Shown here one piece after another: positions 1-9,926 of a DNA stretch of 22,317 nucleotides. Position 1 is the stretch's first letter; each line of letters opens with the position of its first letter. The DNA comes from Octopus sinensis (lineage: Eukaryota): positions 1-22,317 of the forward strand of contig NW_021823570.1 in the NCBI RefSeq assembly GCF_006345805.1. The letters are read 5' to 3'. The position numbers and the translations under genes were made by a program. The notes beneath the pieces are model-generated. The model was given only the letters and a program-made list of their open reading frames with translations, was not told where the DNA came from and searched no databases.

Positions 1-129
1 TATAAAATCTTGTAACTCCTGAGAACTGGAACGACTGATTTGCATACCACAACTTTTCAACACTTCATTTGTTATCAGCGGTCTTTCAACGGGGATCGCA
101 GTCCACGCAATATCAAGGTACCAAAGGAT
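1..129 (-). CDS. Putative internal coding exon of an unidentified minus-strand gene (runs off window start)
   Basis: Minus strand: T-rich acceptor ...gtttacatag| then 43 open codons in phase 0 (ILWYLDIAWTAIPVERPLITNEVLKSCGMQISRSSSQELQDFI); the other two minus frames close quickly. Non-repetitive island. Product not recognised. A plus-strand frame (24-117) is also open, so orientation is not certain. Confidence 0.42.
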   Translation of the reverse strand, partial: MLWYLDIAWTAIPVERPLITNEVLKSCGMQISRSSSQELQDFI

Positions 130-309
130 CTATGTAAACTATACAATTGATATATAAACAGGGTAAATTTAACTCTTTCTTCTATTTTATTCAATTCTAT
201 TCTAGTATTTTACACACAAATGCAAAACAACACCACACACACTCGCCTCCCGTGTTTCGTTTTCTATACAGTATGTACGACTCTGTTTACTTATCTACGG
301 TATACTACG

Positions 310-444
310 TATTTTATATTGTATTGTATTATATTATATTATATTATATTATATTATATCATATTATATTATATTATATTATATTATATTATATTATATT
401 ATATTATATTATATTATATTATATTTTATATTGTATTATATTGT
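310..444. repeat. (ATATT)n pentanucleotide microsatellite
   Basis: Direct reading; explains ORFs 147..446 and 220..456. Confidence 0.95.
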
Positions 445-456
445 AAGGTGGCGTGA

Positions 457-676
457 AGGCGCGAGCTGGAAGAATCGTTTACACGCAGTGAAAAATTTTT
501 AGCGGCATTTCGTCCGTCTTAACGTTCTGAGTTCAAATTTCGCCGAGGTCGACTTTGCCTTTTATCCTCTCGGTGGTTGATAAAATAAGTACCAGTTAAA
601 TACCGGGGTCGATGTAATCAACTTACCCCCTCCTCCGAACTTGCTGGCCTTGTGCCAAAATTTGAAATCGTATTAT
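457..676 (+). mobile_element. tRNA-derived SINE, family A (central GTCGACTTTGCCTTTCATCC...GATAAAATAAGTACCAGT, Meta-domain-like)
   Basis: Head ggcgcgagctgg..., B-box-like gagttcaaattt, conserved core, tail ggccttgtgcc. Homologous to copies at 678, 12173, 12311, 15226 and 15482. Confidence 0.88.
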
Positions 677-677
677 A

Positions 678-908
678 AGGCGGTGAGCTGGCAGAGTCGT
701 TAATGCTCCGGGCTAAATGTTTAACGGGCATTTCTTTTGGTTTTACGTTCTGAACTCAAATTCCGTCGGGGTCAAGTGTTCCTTTCATCCTCTCGGGGGT
801 CAATAAAATAACTACCAGTTATGCACTGAGGCCGATATAATCTACTAGACTCCTCCCCCTAAATTTTGGGTCTCGTGCGTATGGTAGAAAGAATGTTATT
901 TTATTTTA
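678..908 (+). mobile_element. tRNA-derived SINE, family A, second head-to-tail copy
   Basis: ggcggtgagctggcagagtcgtt head, same core, tail ...tggtagaaagaatgttatt; starts immediately after the previous copy. Confidence 0.88.
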
Positions 909-1160
909 TTCTTTTATTCTTTTATTTGTTTCGGCCATTTGACTGTGGCCATGTTGGAGCACCGCCTTTAGTCGAGCAAATCGACCCCAGAACTTATTCC
1001 TTGTAAGCCTAGTACTTTTTCTATCGGTCTCTTTTGCCGGAGATGTAAACTCACCAGCATCGGTTGTCAAGCGATTATGGGGGGACAAACACAGACACAC
1101 AAGCACACACAAATGCATATATATATATATATATATACATACATACATACATACATACAT

Positions 1161-1243
<83 letters not shown>

Positions 1244-1305
1244 CGTATGTATATACAACAGGTTTCTTTCTGTTTCCTTCTACCAAATCTACTCACAAAG
1301 CTTTG
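909..1305 (-). mobile_element. Bipartite SINE (family C), 5'-truncated, with expanded internal (TA)/(TACA)/(CA) microsatellite
   Basis: 909-1115 matches the 3' module seen at 10886-11070 and 11970-12172. 1257-1305 (caacaggtttctttctgtttccttctaccaaatctactcacaaagc) is the reverse complement of the 5'-module end seen at 6745-6793. About 140 bp of microsatellite lies between them. Confidence 0.85.
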
Positions 1306-1306
1306 C

Positions 1307-1338
<32 letters not shown>

Positions 1339-1670
1339 GGATGATGTTGATGATGTTGATGTTGATGATGATAATGACGATGTTGATCATGATGATGATG
1401 ATGATGATGTGGATGATGATGTCGTTGTTGTTGTTGTTGGAGGTAGTGGCGTTAGAGCCGTTGGTGATGATGGCCGAGTCGGCGACGTCAATGCAGTCGG
1501 TGGCAACGTTATTGACAAGGAAGTTTGATATTGGGGATGATAATGATGACGATGATGCTGCTGCCGCTATTGGCGACGTTGGTGGTGAAGATGTTGGTAA
1601 TATTATTGTTGTCGTCATCGTCGTCGTCATCGTCGCCATCGCCATCGTCGTCATCGTTGTTATTGTTTGC
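1306..1670. repeat. Trinucleotide mosaic (GAT)n/(GTT)n/(CATCGT)-like
   Basis: Direct reading; produces the poly-D/poly-M/poly-V ORFs. Confidence 0.9.
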
Positions 1671-1879
1671 GGTGAGAGAATTAGTGCCATGTGTTGGCTA
1701 TAAAGAGAATTGCGCTGCACCCAAACGTCATTAGTGAAGAATGCAACGGAATTGCACTTCGGTTGCGATTGGGGCTGAGACTTAACTTTATTTTCTGCAA
1801 ATAGCATCACGCACTGACAACTCACCCCCTCTCTTTCCCCCTCTCTGTTTCTATTAATTTCACTCTGCTCACCTACGTG

Positions 1880-2004
1880 CACATACACACCTGTGTGCAT
1901 GTGTATGTATGCATGTATATATAATATACATACATACATACATATTATATATATATATGAATATATATATATTGTATATATGTGTATATATATCTATATA
2001 TATA

Positions 2005-2057
<53 letters not shown>

Positions 2058-2142
2058 ATACACACGCATCAAACAGCTGCTCACATGTATACAGACGCAT
2101 CACACACACACACACATATATATAAGTATGCCTATATATATG

Positions 2143-2184
<42 letters not shown>

Positions 2185-2198
2185 GTATACATTCACAT

Positions 2199-2247
<49 letters not shown>

Positions 2248-2380
2248 CATATATACATACATGTATATATATATACATTCGTATATATACGTACACAAAT
2301 ATATATGTATATACTCATTACATACACACACACATGCATCCGTATACACCCCTGTGTGCATATGCGGGTATGAGTGCGTG
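1880..2380. repeat. Compound (TA)n/(CA)n/(TACA)n microsatellite
   Basis: Direct reading. Confidence 0.95.
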
Positions 2381-2765
2381 TGTAGTTGATTACATCTGCG
2401 GTGCCGTATCACCGACAAGGGAATGAATCCAAGTTCGAATATCTTCAGCTAATCCTATAAAAGCGGTCCACGTTTGTCGTGCTTCTTGACATAATCCGAT
2501 GAAATACGAGAACTCGAATCTTAGACCTTCAGGTGGTTGCTTAGGCTCACAACGGCCCTTATCAATATTCCAGTTGTCAATGCTCTGACTAACAATATCG
2601 TATCATTATGCAATTTTCTTTTAATATTCAACATTATTTTGCTTGCAGTCTCATAATTTTTTGGGGAGCCGGTTTCAAGGCAGAGATGTGCGATCACCGA
2701 TGAGTTTTCAATGAGCACCGAAACTAATTGGTTCGATCCTCGTGCATTGGCACATGTGGCGCGAG

Positions 2766-2925
2766 CACACACATGTATGAATATCTATATCTATCTACAT
2801 ATATCTATATCACTCTATCTATCTACACATACACACACACACATCCCCACGCGCATATATATACACACACATCCATATATACAAATGTATTTATATTTAT
2901 GTATACGTATATAGGTATATACATG

Positions 2926-3000
<75 letters not shown>
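2766..3000. repeat. Compound (CA)n/(TA)n microsatellite
   Basis: Direct reading. Confidence 0.92.
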
Positions 3001-3545
3001 CTAACGTATGTATATGAAGTCACTTGGAATGGATCCACAGGACATAGGAAACCTCCCTTCCGATCGAATTGGATGGCGAACAAATGCGTGGAGTGGAGTG
3101 AAAGCGTTTGAAGAGGCCAGGATAACGCATGCAAGACTCAAGAGAGATTTAAAAAAGAATGTTACGATCGAGAAGGTGAATCGCAATGACCTTTTTTGTG
3201 ACAGACCATGCCCTTCTTTTGCTGGGCTCAAATCTCATCTGCGAACGCATGGAAAACGAACCTCCACCAGCTATTCTGCCTTTATGTCTGTGCACATCTT
3301 TGAATGCAGTGTATGTCATAAGGTCTGCAAATCTAACGGAAGCCTCAAAAGACATTTTAAGATCCCCAAAGATCAGAACTTATCTGCAGCTCTTGGTGGT
3401 CCAAATTGGATGTGCAATCTATGTAGGTGTCTTTTAAAAACATTGTCTGGTATAAAAAGCCGCATCAGATGCCATGATGGTTCTAAGGTGTGGTACAGGA
3501 GGTGGTCAATCTCTGTAGATGGAGTAGACAACCACCATAGTGTGG
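3001..3545 (+). mobile_element. 3' end of an RTE-type LINE ORF with three tandem C2H2-like zinc fingers
   Basis: ORF 3008..3568: MKSLGMDP..DRIGWR..GVKAFEEAR resembles the RTE/BovB post-RT segment (compare LKxxxIDxxxWExxAxDRxxWR), followed by FCDRPCPSFAGLKSHLRTH, CSVCHKVCKSNGSLKRHFKI and CNLCRCLLKTLSGIKSRIRCH. Flanked by (TA)n on both sides. Confidence 0.72.
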
Positions 3546-3626
3546 AATATATATATATATATATATAATATATATATATATATTATATATATATACACAC
3601 ACAATATATGTGTGTGTATATATATA

Positions 3627-3969
3627 CAGGGTGCGGTGAATAAACTGTCGTCTAAATTAAACGAAAATGAAATTAACAGACATCTCATTTTAACAGATCT
3701 ATTTACCAAACTTACACTAAAATATCTTGAAATACTAAAGAGAAAATTTATTCAATATAATCGTCTTTGGCTTCAGTCACGGCCTCCAGACGATTTCGGA
3801 ATCTCTTGCAACTCTTCTGGAAGGTCTCATTGTTCGAGTTGGTGAATGCAGCCATAATCCCAGCCTTCAGTTCATCTTTGGTACTACAAAGAATTTTGTT
3901 GGTCTCTCGCTCAACTGAGCCCCACACATAATAATCAAGGATGTTGCAGTCCGGGGAGTTAGGTGGCCA
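3627..3969 (-). mobile_element. Tc1/mariner (IS630-Tc1-mariner, maT/DD37D-like) 3' fragment: transposase C-terminus plus TIR
   Basis: Minus 3969..3748 translates without stops as WPPNSPDCNILDYYVWGSVERETNKILCSTKDELKAGIMAAFTNSNNETFQKSCKRFRNRLEAVTEAKDDYIE*. The terminus reads TA|CAGGGTG at 3627. Confidence 0.9.
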
Positions 3970-4041
3970 TATATATATATATATGAATGTGTATATATAT
4001 ATATATATATATATACTGTTACATAGTAATGTATATACATA

Positions 4042-4602
4042 CGGAGTTATTCACAAACAAAGAGCAGATTTCAAATTATTTTCAAAACAAACGGTAAGAG
4101 ATACAAACACATTCTACTTATTTCTTGAAAGGGGAAGTTTTAAAGTTTATAGCTGAACATTATCAATTGAATTAAGCCTTAAATGAAATAATATCTTAAT
4201 TTTGTTTTAATGTTTCATTTTGTTCATTTTATTTCAAGTTGTATAATTTTCATTTGTGTAATCCCGTAGAAAATGGTGACGCCACAAGAAAAGTCTTTTT
4301 GTGTGCTGCAGTTTGAGAAATGCGAATCGATTTTGCAAATGCAACGTGAATTTCGCTGCCAATTCAACAAAAATCCACCTTATCACAAGCAAATTTATGA
4401 ATGGCATAAAAATTTCACAGCAAAAGGTTGCGTCTGTAAAGGAAAGCGCACCGGTGATCATGTTGCGCATGTTGAGTCCACACTACGTTAAAATAAACTT
4501 TAAACCCTCCCCTATCAAGAAATATGTGGAATGTATTTGTGTCTCTTACCGTTTATTTTAAAAATAAAATTAAAATCTGCTCTTTCTTTTTGAATAATCC
4601 TG
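4042..4602 (+). mobile_element. Internally deleted Tc1/mariner element (DUF4817-type N-terminal HTH) with ~110-bp TIRs
   Basis: 4042-4150 is an imperfect reverse complement of 4494-4602 (aaagagcagattt...aaacggtaagaga...). ORF 4273..4491 MVTPQEKSFCVLQFEKCESILQMQREFRCQFNKNPPYHKQIYEWHKNFTAKGCVCKGKR matches the DUF4817/HTH start of Tc1-like transposases. TA context at both ends. Confidence 0.85.
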
Positions 4603-4645
4603 AATATATATATGATATATGATATATTATACATACATATATAAA

Positions 4646-5023
4646 ACCGCCATTGGCGTTCCTACGTTACAAGGATGTTTGCAAAAGGGACATGAAGGCC
4701 TGCAACATCAATATTAGCAACTGGGAAGCAGTTGCCAGCAACCGTGGAGATTGGCGACGTACCGTAAAAGAGGGAACACAAAGGAGTGACAGAGAGAGAG
4801 AGAGAGAGAAGTGGAAAGACAGGAAAAGACGTCAACAAGAAACTATGACATTACAACCAGCCAGGCAAAGTTTTCGCTACATTTGCGGCACCTGCCAGAG
4901 GAAGTGTTTGTCCAGGATAGGACTACACAGCCACAGCAGGAGATGTATCAGGACATGAAATGTAAAAGCCGGGCTAGACTACTTTATGTGCAACTCCATT
5001 GTCTCCCGAGACAAAAAGGATGC

Positions 5024-5032
<9 letters not shown>
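4646..5032 (+). mobile_element. RTE-BovB-like LINE 3' end (ORF C-terminus plus 3' UTR)
   Basis: LRYKDVCKRDMKACNINISNWEAVASNRGDWRRTVKEG...YICGTCQRKCLSRIGLHSHSRRC is the canonical RTE/BovB C-terminus. The 3' tail ccattgtctcccgagacaaaaaggatgccaacaac runs into (TA)n. Confidence 0.9.
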
Positions 5033-5052
<20 letters not shown>

Positions 5053-5054
<2 letters not shown>

Positions 5055-5720
5055 ATACAAAATGGGAGAAGAACGCCAAACATCCGGACAGTTAGGTGAT
5101 ACAAAATTGGGACAACAAAACATCCAGATAGACGATACAAAGAAAACAAGGACGGGTCATTCGGAGTTTTCTTTCCTCAGTCGAGTTCCAGATTATCTTT
5201 GCAATTTCAGCTTGTTATACTCGAGATAGCTCCAATCTGGCCAGCCCCAAGGAAAAACTAAGCTAAGAGCATTAGATTCCTTGGAAGAAAGCAGCGAATG
5301 TATACAAAACAAGGACGAAAAAATCGAGAAATGTTACACAAATACAAATAGCAGGACATAACCGCAGGTATCTTTCGACTAAGGACGAATTAAATTAAGA
5401 TGGCGTGTGTGGAAATAAAGCCTTATGGCAGGGACACAAGCTTTCACAGGCACAAGGAGGAATATTGATGTTGCACGGACGACGGCCGAACGAACAAAAA
5501 CGCAATAGAGGACATTAAAACATACGGACAGATAGATGTACGGGTCATTCGTGGCCTTCTTTCCTCAGTCAAGTTACCAGAAGTCCTTACTGTCTCGGGT
5601 AGTTACACTTGAGACAGTTCGATCTAGTTGCCCCCTCCCCAAGTCTAAGCTAAGAGCATTAGATATTTTTGTAAGTAAGGTAGCGAATGTGTACGGCAAC
5701 AAAGACAAAAATACAGGTAT
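5053..5720. repeat. Unclassified repeat containing a diverged 388-bp-period internal duplication
   Basis: acgggtcattc at 5152 and 5540, ttctttcctcagtc, ctaagctaagagcattagat and agcgaatgt recur at the same offset. Short atacaaa-initiated units at 5054-5150. Confidence 0.65.
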
Positions 5721-5724
5721 TTGA

Positions 5725-5850
5725 TAGTGCGAAGTCTCGCAGTTTGGCTGTTGGGTGTGGGTCGATTCCCCAACAGGGCAACAGATTGTGTCTTTGAGTG
5801 AGGCACTTCACCTCATATTCCTTCAGCCAATATCGTTAAAAACGTGTCGA
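5725..5850 (+). mobile_element. Degraded tRNA-derived SINE fragment (CORE/V-like central motif)
   Basis: B-box-like gggtcgattcc (5759-5769), a head similar to the 11558-11854 SINE (gtctcgcagt vs gactcgcagt), and gtgtctttgagtgaggcacttcacctc. Confidence 0.5.
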
Positions 5851-5903
5851 GTCCGCTGCAGGGCAGAGTGGAACCTACTAGACTTTTAGTCCAAATCTTG
5901 CAA

Positions 5904-6230
5904 ACGATATTTTCGTACTGAAAGACAGTAAATTATTTTTAAGAATCAGAGTTGTCAAAGAGTACTCATCTGTAGTACAATAAGAAAAAATAAAAACTTA
6001 ATAAAGAAAAAGGAGGACTTTAGAGTTACATGGGATTGGTAAAGAAAAAAGTGGACTTGTGATATTGTGATCTTACTAACTTCTTGTAAGAACACAATAC
6101 CCATGTAATTCTAAAGTCCTCCTTTTTCTCTATTTAGTTTTTGTCTTTTCTTATAGTACTACTAATGAGTACTCTTTGTCAACTCAGATTCTTAAAAATA
6201 ATTTATTGTCTTTCTGTAGGAAACGATCGT
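5904..6230. repeat. 327-bp foldback palindrome (MITE-like or hairpin-RNA template)
   Basis: 5904-6034 vs reverse complement of 6100-6230: 116/131 identical, ungapped (manual count). The inner stem 6063-6076 pairs 6086-6099 around a 9-nt loop, with a 28-nt bulge at 6035-6062. Confidence 0.93.
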
Positions 6231-6464
6231 CTAGCGAACTGAATAAATATTTTATCCCATATTAACATCTAATCTCCTCCATATATGAAAAATATATTTG
6301 AATTTGTCGAACTTCGTTCTATAACTTAAATCATATTCTTAATAGACTTATATAACCTTTCATATCTACGCCAATTTACATTGAAAATAAAGTATGAAGA
6401 ATCAACGTTAGGAGTCTTTTGGAAACTACTCCAATTAAAGGACGAATCCGCATTCAACCCTTTG

Positions 6465-6510
6465 TAAAGCAATGTTGGTGGGGGGGGGGTGACAAACACA
6501 GAAACCAAAC
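6465..6510 (-). mobile_element. Short fragment of family C SINE 3' module
   Basis: aagcaatgttggtggggg..gacaaacacag matches aagcgattatggggggacaaacacag at 1070-1095. Confidence 0.55.
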
Positions 6511-6561
6511 ATACACAAACACCACACAGACCACCACACACCACGCACAACACACACACAC

Positions 6562-6617
<56 letters not shown>

Positions 6618-6629
6618 TATATATATATA

Positions 6630-6793
6630 GGCTCAGCAGTGGCTGTGGGGTAAGTAGCTTGCTAACCAACCACATGGTTCCGGGTTCAGTCCTACTCGCG
6701 TGGCATCTTGGGCAAGTGTCTTCTGCTATAGCCCCCGGGCCGACCAAAGCCTTGTGAGTGGATTTGGTAGACGGAAACTGAAAGAAGCCTGTC
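6630..6793 (+). mobile_element. Family C SINE 5' module (tRNA head plus CORE-like domain)
   Basis: gtggctgtggggtaag (A-box-like), gggttcagtcc (B-box-like), cttgggcaagtgtcttct (CORE-like), ending gaaactgaaagaagcctgtc(ta)n; homologous to 11130-11287 on the minus strand. Confidence 0.9.
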
Positions 6794-7030
6794 ATATATA
6801 TATATATATATATATCAACGTATATATATGCTAACTTATATATATATATATATTTATGTGTGTGTGGTGTGTCTAATGTGAATATATGTGTATATATATG
6901 TATGTATGTGTCTATATATATATTTATATATACACACATGCATATATGTATATGTATGTATGCATGTATGTATATATGTATATATGCATATACGTATGTA
7001 TGTATATACTGATGGATGCATGAATGGTTG
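6794..7030. repeat. (TA)n/(TATG)n compound microsatellite
   Basis: Direct reading. Confidence 0.9.
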
Positions 7031-7046
7031 TGTATGTGTGGCTTAC

Positions 7047-7147
7047 ACTTAAGAATTTGTTAAAGAAACGATTGCGAAGCGGATTTCTAACATTTGAAAC
7101 AGAACGGATTTGATCTCGGATCTCGTACACAGTTAAAATAACATACC
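7047..7147 (-). CDS. Putative internal coding exon (101 nt, phase 1 to phase 0) of unidentified gene
   Basis: Unique island between two microsatellites. Minus strand ctgtag|GG TAT...TTA AGT|gtaagc with 33 open codons [33 protein letters not shown]. The phase-0 end is compatible with the phase-0 acceptor at 129. Confidence 0.5.
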
Positions 7148-7159
7148 CTACAGTTTTAT

Positions 7160-7408
7160 ACACATAACACATACATACATACATACATACATGCATACAT
7201 ACATACATACATACATATACATATAACATATATACATGTATGTATGTATGTATGTAACTATCTATCTATCTATATATCTATATATATATATGTATATATA
7301 CACATGCACACATATATATGAATACACACACACACACACACATTTATATACGGGTGTATACATGTGTTTGTATATTTGTGTGCATGTATGCTCACATCTA
7401 TCTATCTA

Positions 7409-7461
<53 letters not shown>

Positions 7462-7540
7462 GAATATCTATCTTTCTATCTACGCACACATACATATATG
7501 TAAATATATATATATATATATATATGTATGTATACATGCT
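7160..7540. repeat. (TACA)n/(TA)n/(ATCT)n compound microsatellite
   Basis: Direct reading. Confidence 0.92.
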
Positions 7541-8254
7541 TGTACGTATTATACAGCCGTAACACTATAAAGACGGCATGTTTTTGATCTGAGTCCGGCT
7601 TATTATCCTCGCCCCACTCCCCATTCAACCTACCGCACCCAATTGAAATCAGCAACGAAATAGTGCGCCACCCCCTCACCTACCCCCGCACCGCACCAAA
7701 CCACCCCGCCCAGCGCCCCCCTACTTCTCCTCACCCCGCCCACACGTCACTCTGCACCACTCCAGGTCATTCTACGCGATGCCGTGCCACGCCACGCTTC
7801 GTTACACTTACACTACGCCACATCAGATCTGACCAGAACCAAAGCCACCGCCACCACCACCACCACCACCACCACATCATCTCCAACTGCTCTCTCTCTC
7901 TCTCTCTCTCTCTCCTCTCTCGCCAACCATTCCACGGTTTCCAACCGTAACCGGCGCTCCACCTAACGCCCACCTCTATCCCACAAACAACATCAGGCCG
8001 AACCGCGGTAATGATATTTCTATTGCATGGAATTGTTTTTTCTTTTGTTTTTCCCGTTCGGTTCTGCTTTTGGCCCTCGGCTTACTCACTCTTAAACACA
8101 CACACACACATACACACCCACACACTCACACACACACACACACCACACTCACACACACACACACACACACAGAGCTCTCCTCTCTCTTTCTCTCCTTGTC
8201 TTTTCTTTTCCCTCAATTTCGCCATTAATTACGGCAACGAACCGCTGCAATAAA

Positions 8255-8462
8255 ACTCACAACAACAACAACAACAACAACAACATGAACAAAAACTGTA
8301 ACTAGAATAATAGTAATCACGACCACAACAACAACACGAAAAACAACAGTAACAACCACCATCACCACCACCAACAACAATAACAACAACAACTGTAATT
8401 AGAATAATAATGATCACAACTTAGACGGCCATAACAACAGCAACAGTAACGAGAACAACAAC

Positions 8463-8496
<34 letters not shown>

Positions 8497-8614
8497 GTAT
8501 TAAACTAATAACAGTAACAAACACAACAGCGGCGACGTCAGCCATAGCAACAACAACAGCAAGCACAACGGAAATCATAACTCGGAACAGCAACTACAAC
8601 AGCAACAACAGCAG

Positions 8615-8686
<72 letters not shown>

Positions 8687-8815
8687 CTAATGCTACTAAT
8701 GCTACTAATACTAATACTACTACTAAAACTGCTACCAGCACCACCTGCATCACCACCAGCACTACCACCAGCACTAGCACCACCACCACCACCACCACCT
8801 CCATCCAAATCATCT
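8255..8815. repeat. Trinucleotide mosaic drifting (CAA)n > (CTA)n > (CTG)n > (CAC)n
   Basis: Direct reading; source of the poly-S, poly-V and poly-C ORFs. Confidence 0.9.
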
Positions 8816-9231
8816 ACCGAGGGCATGAGTAGCCAGTGAACACGCCTCAAGTTGGTCAGGCGATTTGTTTAGGGAGATTTGGCTGCTGTCTCTAGCAGAG
8901 GGAGCAGCCAACTCTGTCTAGAATCGCAGCATCCTCTCATCTAAGAATCGGAAGCGTTGGATTATTTGGTGGATTTTTGGTTCCTTGCACATAAGGAGAG
9001 CAAAAGAAAAAAGAAAGAAAGAAAAAATTTGGATGGTCACGGTCGGAATACTTTTAATGTTCGTAGTTCTGTTCGATTACGACTGATCCGGGGGTTAAAC
9101 GTCACCCCGCCCACCACCAACACCACGACCAACTTCGCCTCCGCCGCCTGACCTTCAACGGATCGCCACCACCACCACCACCACCCTATCCCTCCTCCGA
9201 CCACTAACAACAATAACATCACCAGCATCAT

Positions 9232-9300
9232 CGCCGTCGTCAACGCCGTCGTCAACGCCGTCGTCAACGCCGTCGTCAACGCCGTCGTCAACGCCGTCGC
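9232..9300. repeat. CpG-rich 12-bp minisatellite (CGCCGTCGTCAA)x5 plus partial unit
   Basis: Five perfect units 9232-9291 followed by cgccgtcgc. Confidence 0.95.
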
Positions 9301-9387
9301 CGCCACCACCACCACCACCACCACCACCACTCATACCACCACCACCATAACAACAACAACAACATCGACGAACTCATCGTAATTTAC

Positions 9388-9442
9388 GAGTCTTTATGAC
9401 GTTCCCATGACTCGTTTGGTCACAAAAACGAGGAAATGATGA
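9388..9442 (-). CDS. Weak candidate small exon (55 nt, phase 0 to phase 1)
   Basis: ttattaaccgtcgcag| ... |gtaaat; only one frame open (SSFPRFCDQTSHGNVIKT). The phase-1 end fits the 7147 acceptor. Could be chance. Confidence 0.22.
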
Positions 9443-9776
9443 CTGCGACGGTTAATAAAGGTTGCAGTGGCGGTAGTGATGGTCACGGTGGTCGCGGTGA
9501 TCACGGGGTGAGGGGGGGGGGGGGGGTAAAATGTGGTGGTTGTGGCGGCGGCGGCGGCGGTGATGGTATTTTGTGGGGCTTTGTGTGTGATTGATTGTGC
9601 AGAGAGATCGGCGCGCTATGGTTTACGAGTAATATACCTGCGATTAATACGTGTGTGTGTGTGTGTGTGTGTGCGTATATATGTTTATATATATGTCTGC
9701 ATATATGTATATATATATGTGTATATATATAAATATATGATAACATGTATACACACACACACACACACACACACAC

Positions 9777-9829
<53 letters not shown>

Positions 9830-9926
9830 CATATCAATACATACGTGTACATATGCGCGTACGCACAAATATATATGCATACAAACGACCGTTAGTTCCT
9901 ACACACACACACACACACTTTATTAC

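Noticed and set aside
24-117. Plus-strand exon reading LERLICIPQLFNTSFVISGLSTGIAVHAIS with donor AG|gtacca
   Set aside because: Weak acceptor, and no phase-compatible plus-strand exon was found downstream; the minus-strand frame fits better. Not fully excluded.
1684-1800. Unique island with open frames on both strands
   Set aside because: No convincing acceptor/donor pair in a compatible phase; no recognisable motif.
147-2426. Many ORFs rich in YI/HT/VC/poly-D/poly-M
   Set aside because: They are translations of (ATATT)n, (TA)n, (CA)n and (GAT)n microsatellites that lack stops by composition.
3008-3568. Host C2H2 zinc-finger gene
   Set aside because: The N-terminal part is RTE LINE post-RT sequence, there are no TGEKP-type linkers, the fingers are degenerate, and the ORF starts and ends in (TA)n.
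5340-5460. Hammerhead ribozyme in the unclassified repeat (and CTGACGA on the minus strand near 19365)
   Set aside because: No CUGANGA plus GAAA core with a compatible stem II could be assembled by eye.
6630-6700. tRNA genes at SINE heads (also 11790-11854, 12480-12541)
   Set aside because: A/B-box-like motifs are present, but there is no complete cloverleaf and each continues into a repeated SINE body.
8538-8850. Poly-Ser/Gly/Val ORFs suggesting a low-complexity protein
   Set aside because: Pure trinucleotide mosaic, open in several frames, with no splice or start context.
9232-9300. CRISPR-like or coding repeat
   Set aside because: Contiguous 12-bp tandem units without spacers in eukaryotic DNA; it is a minisatellite.
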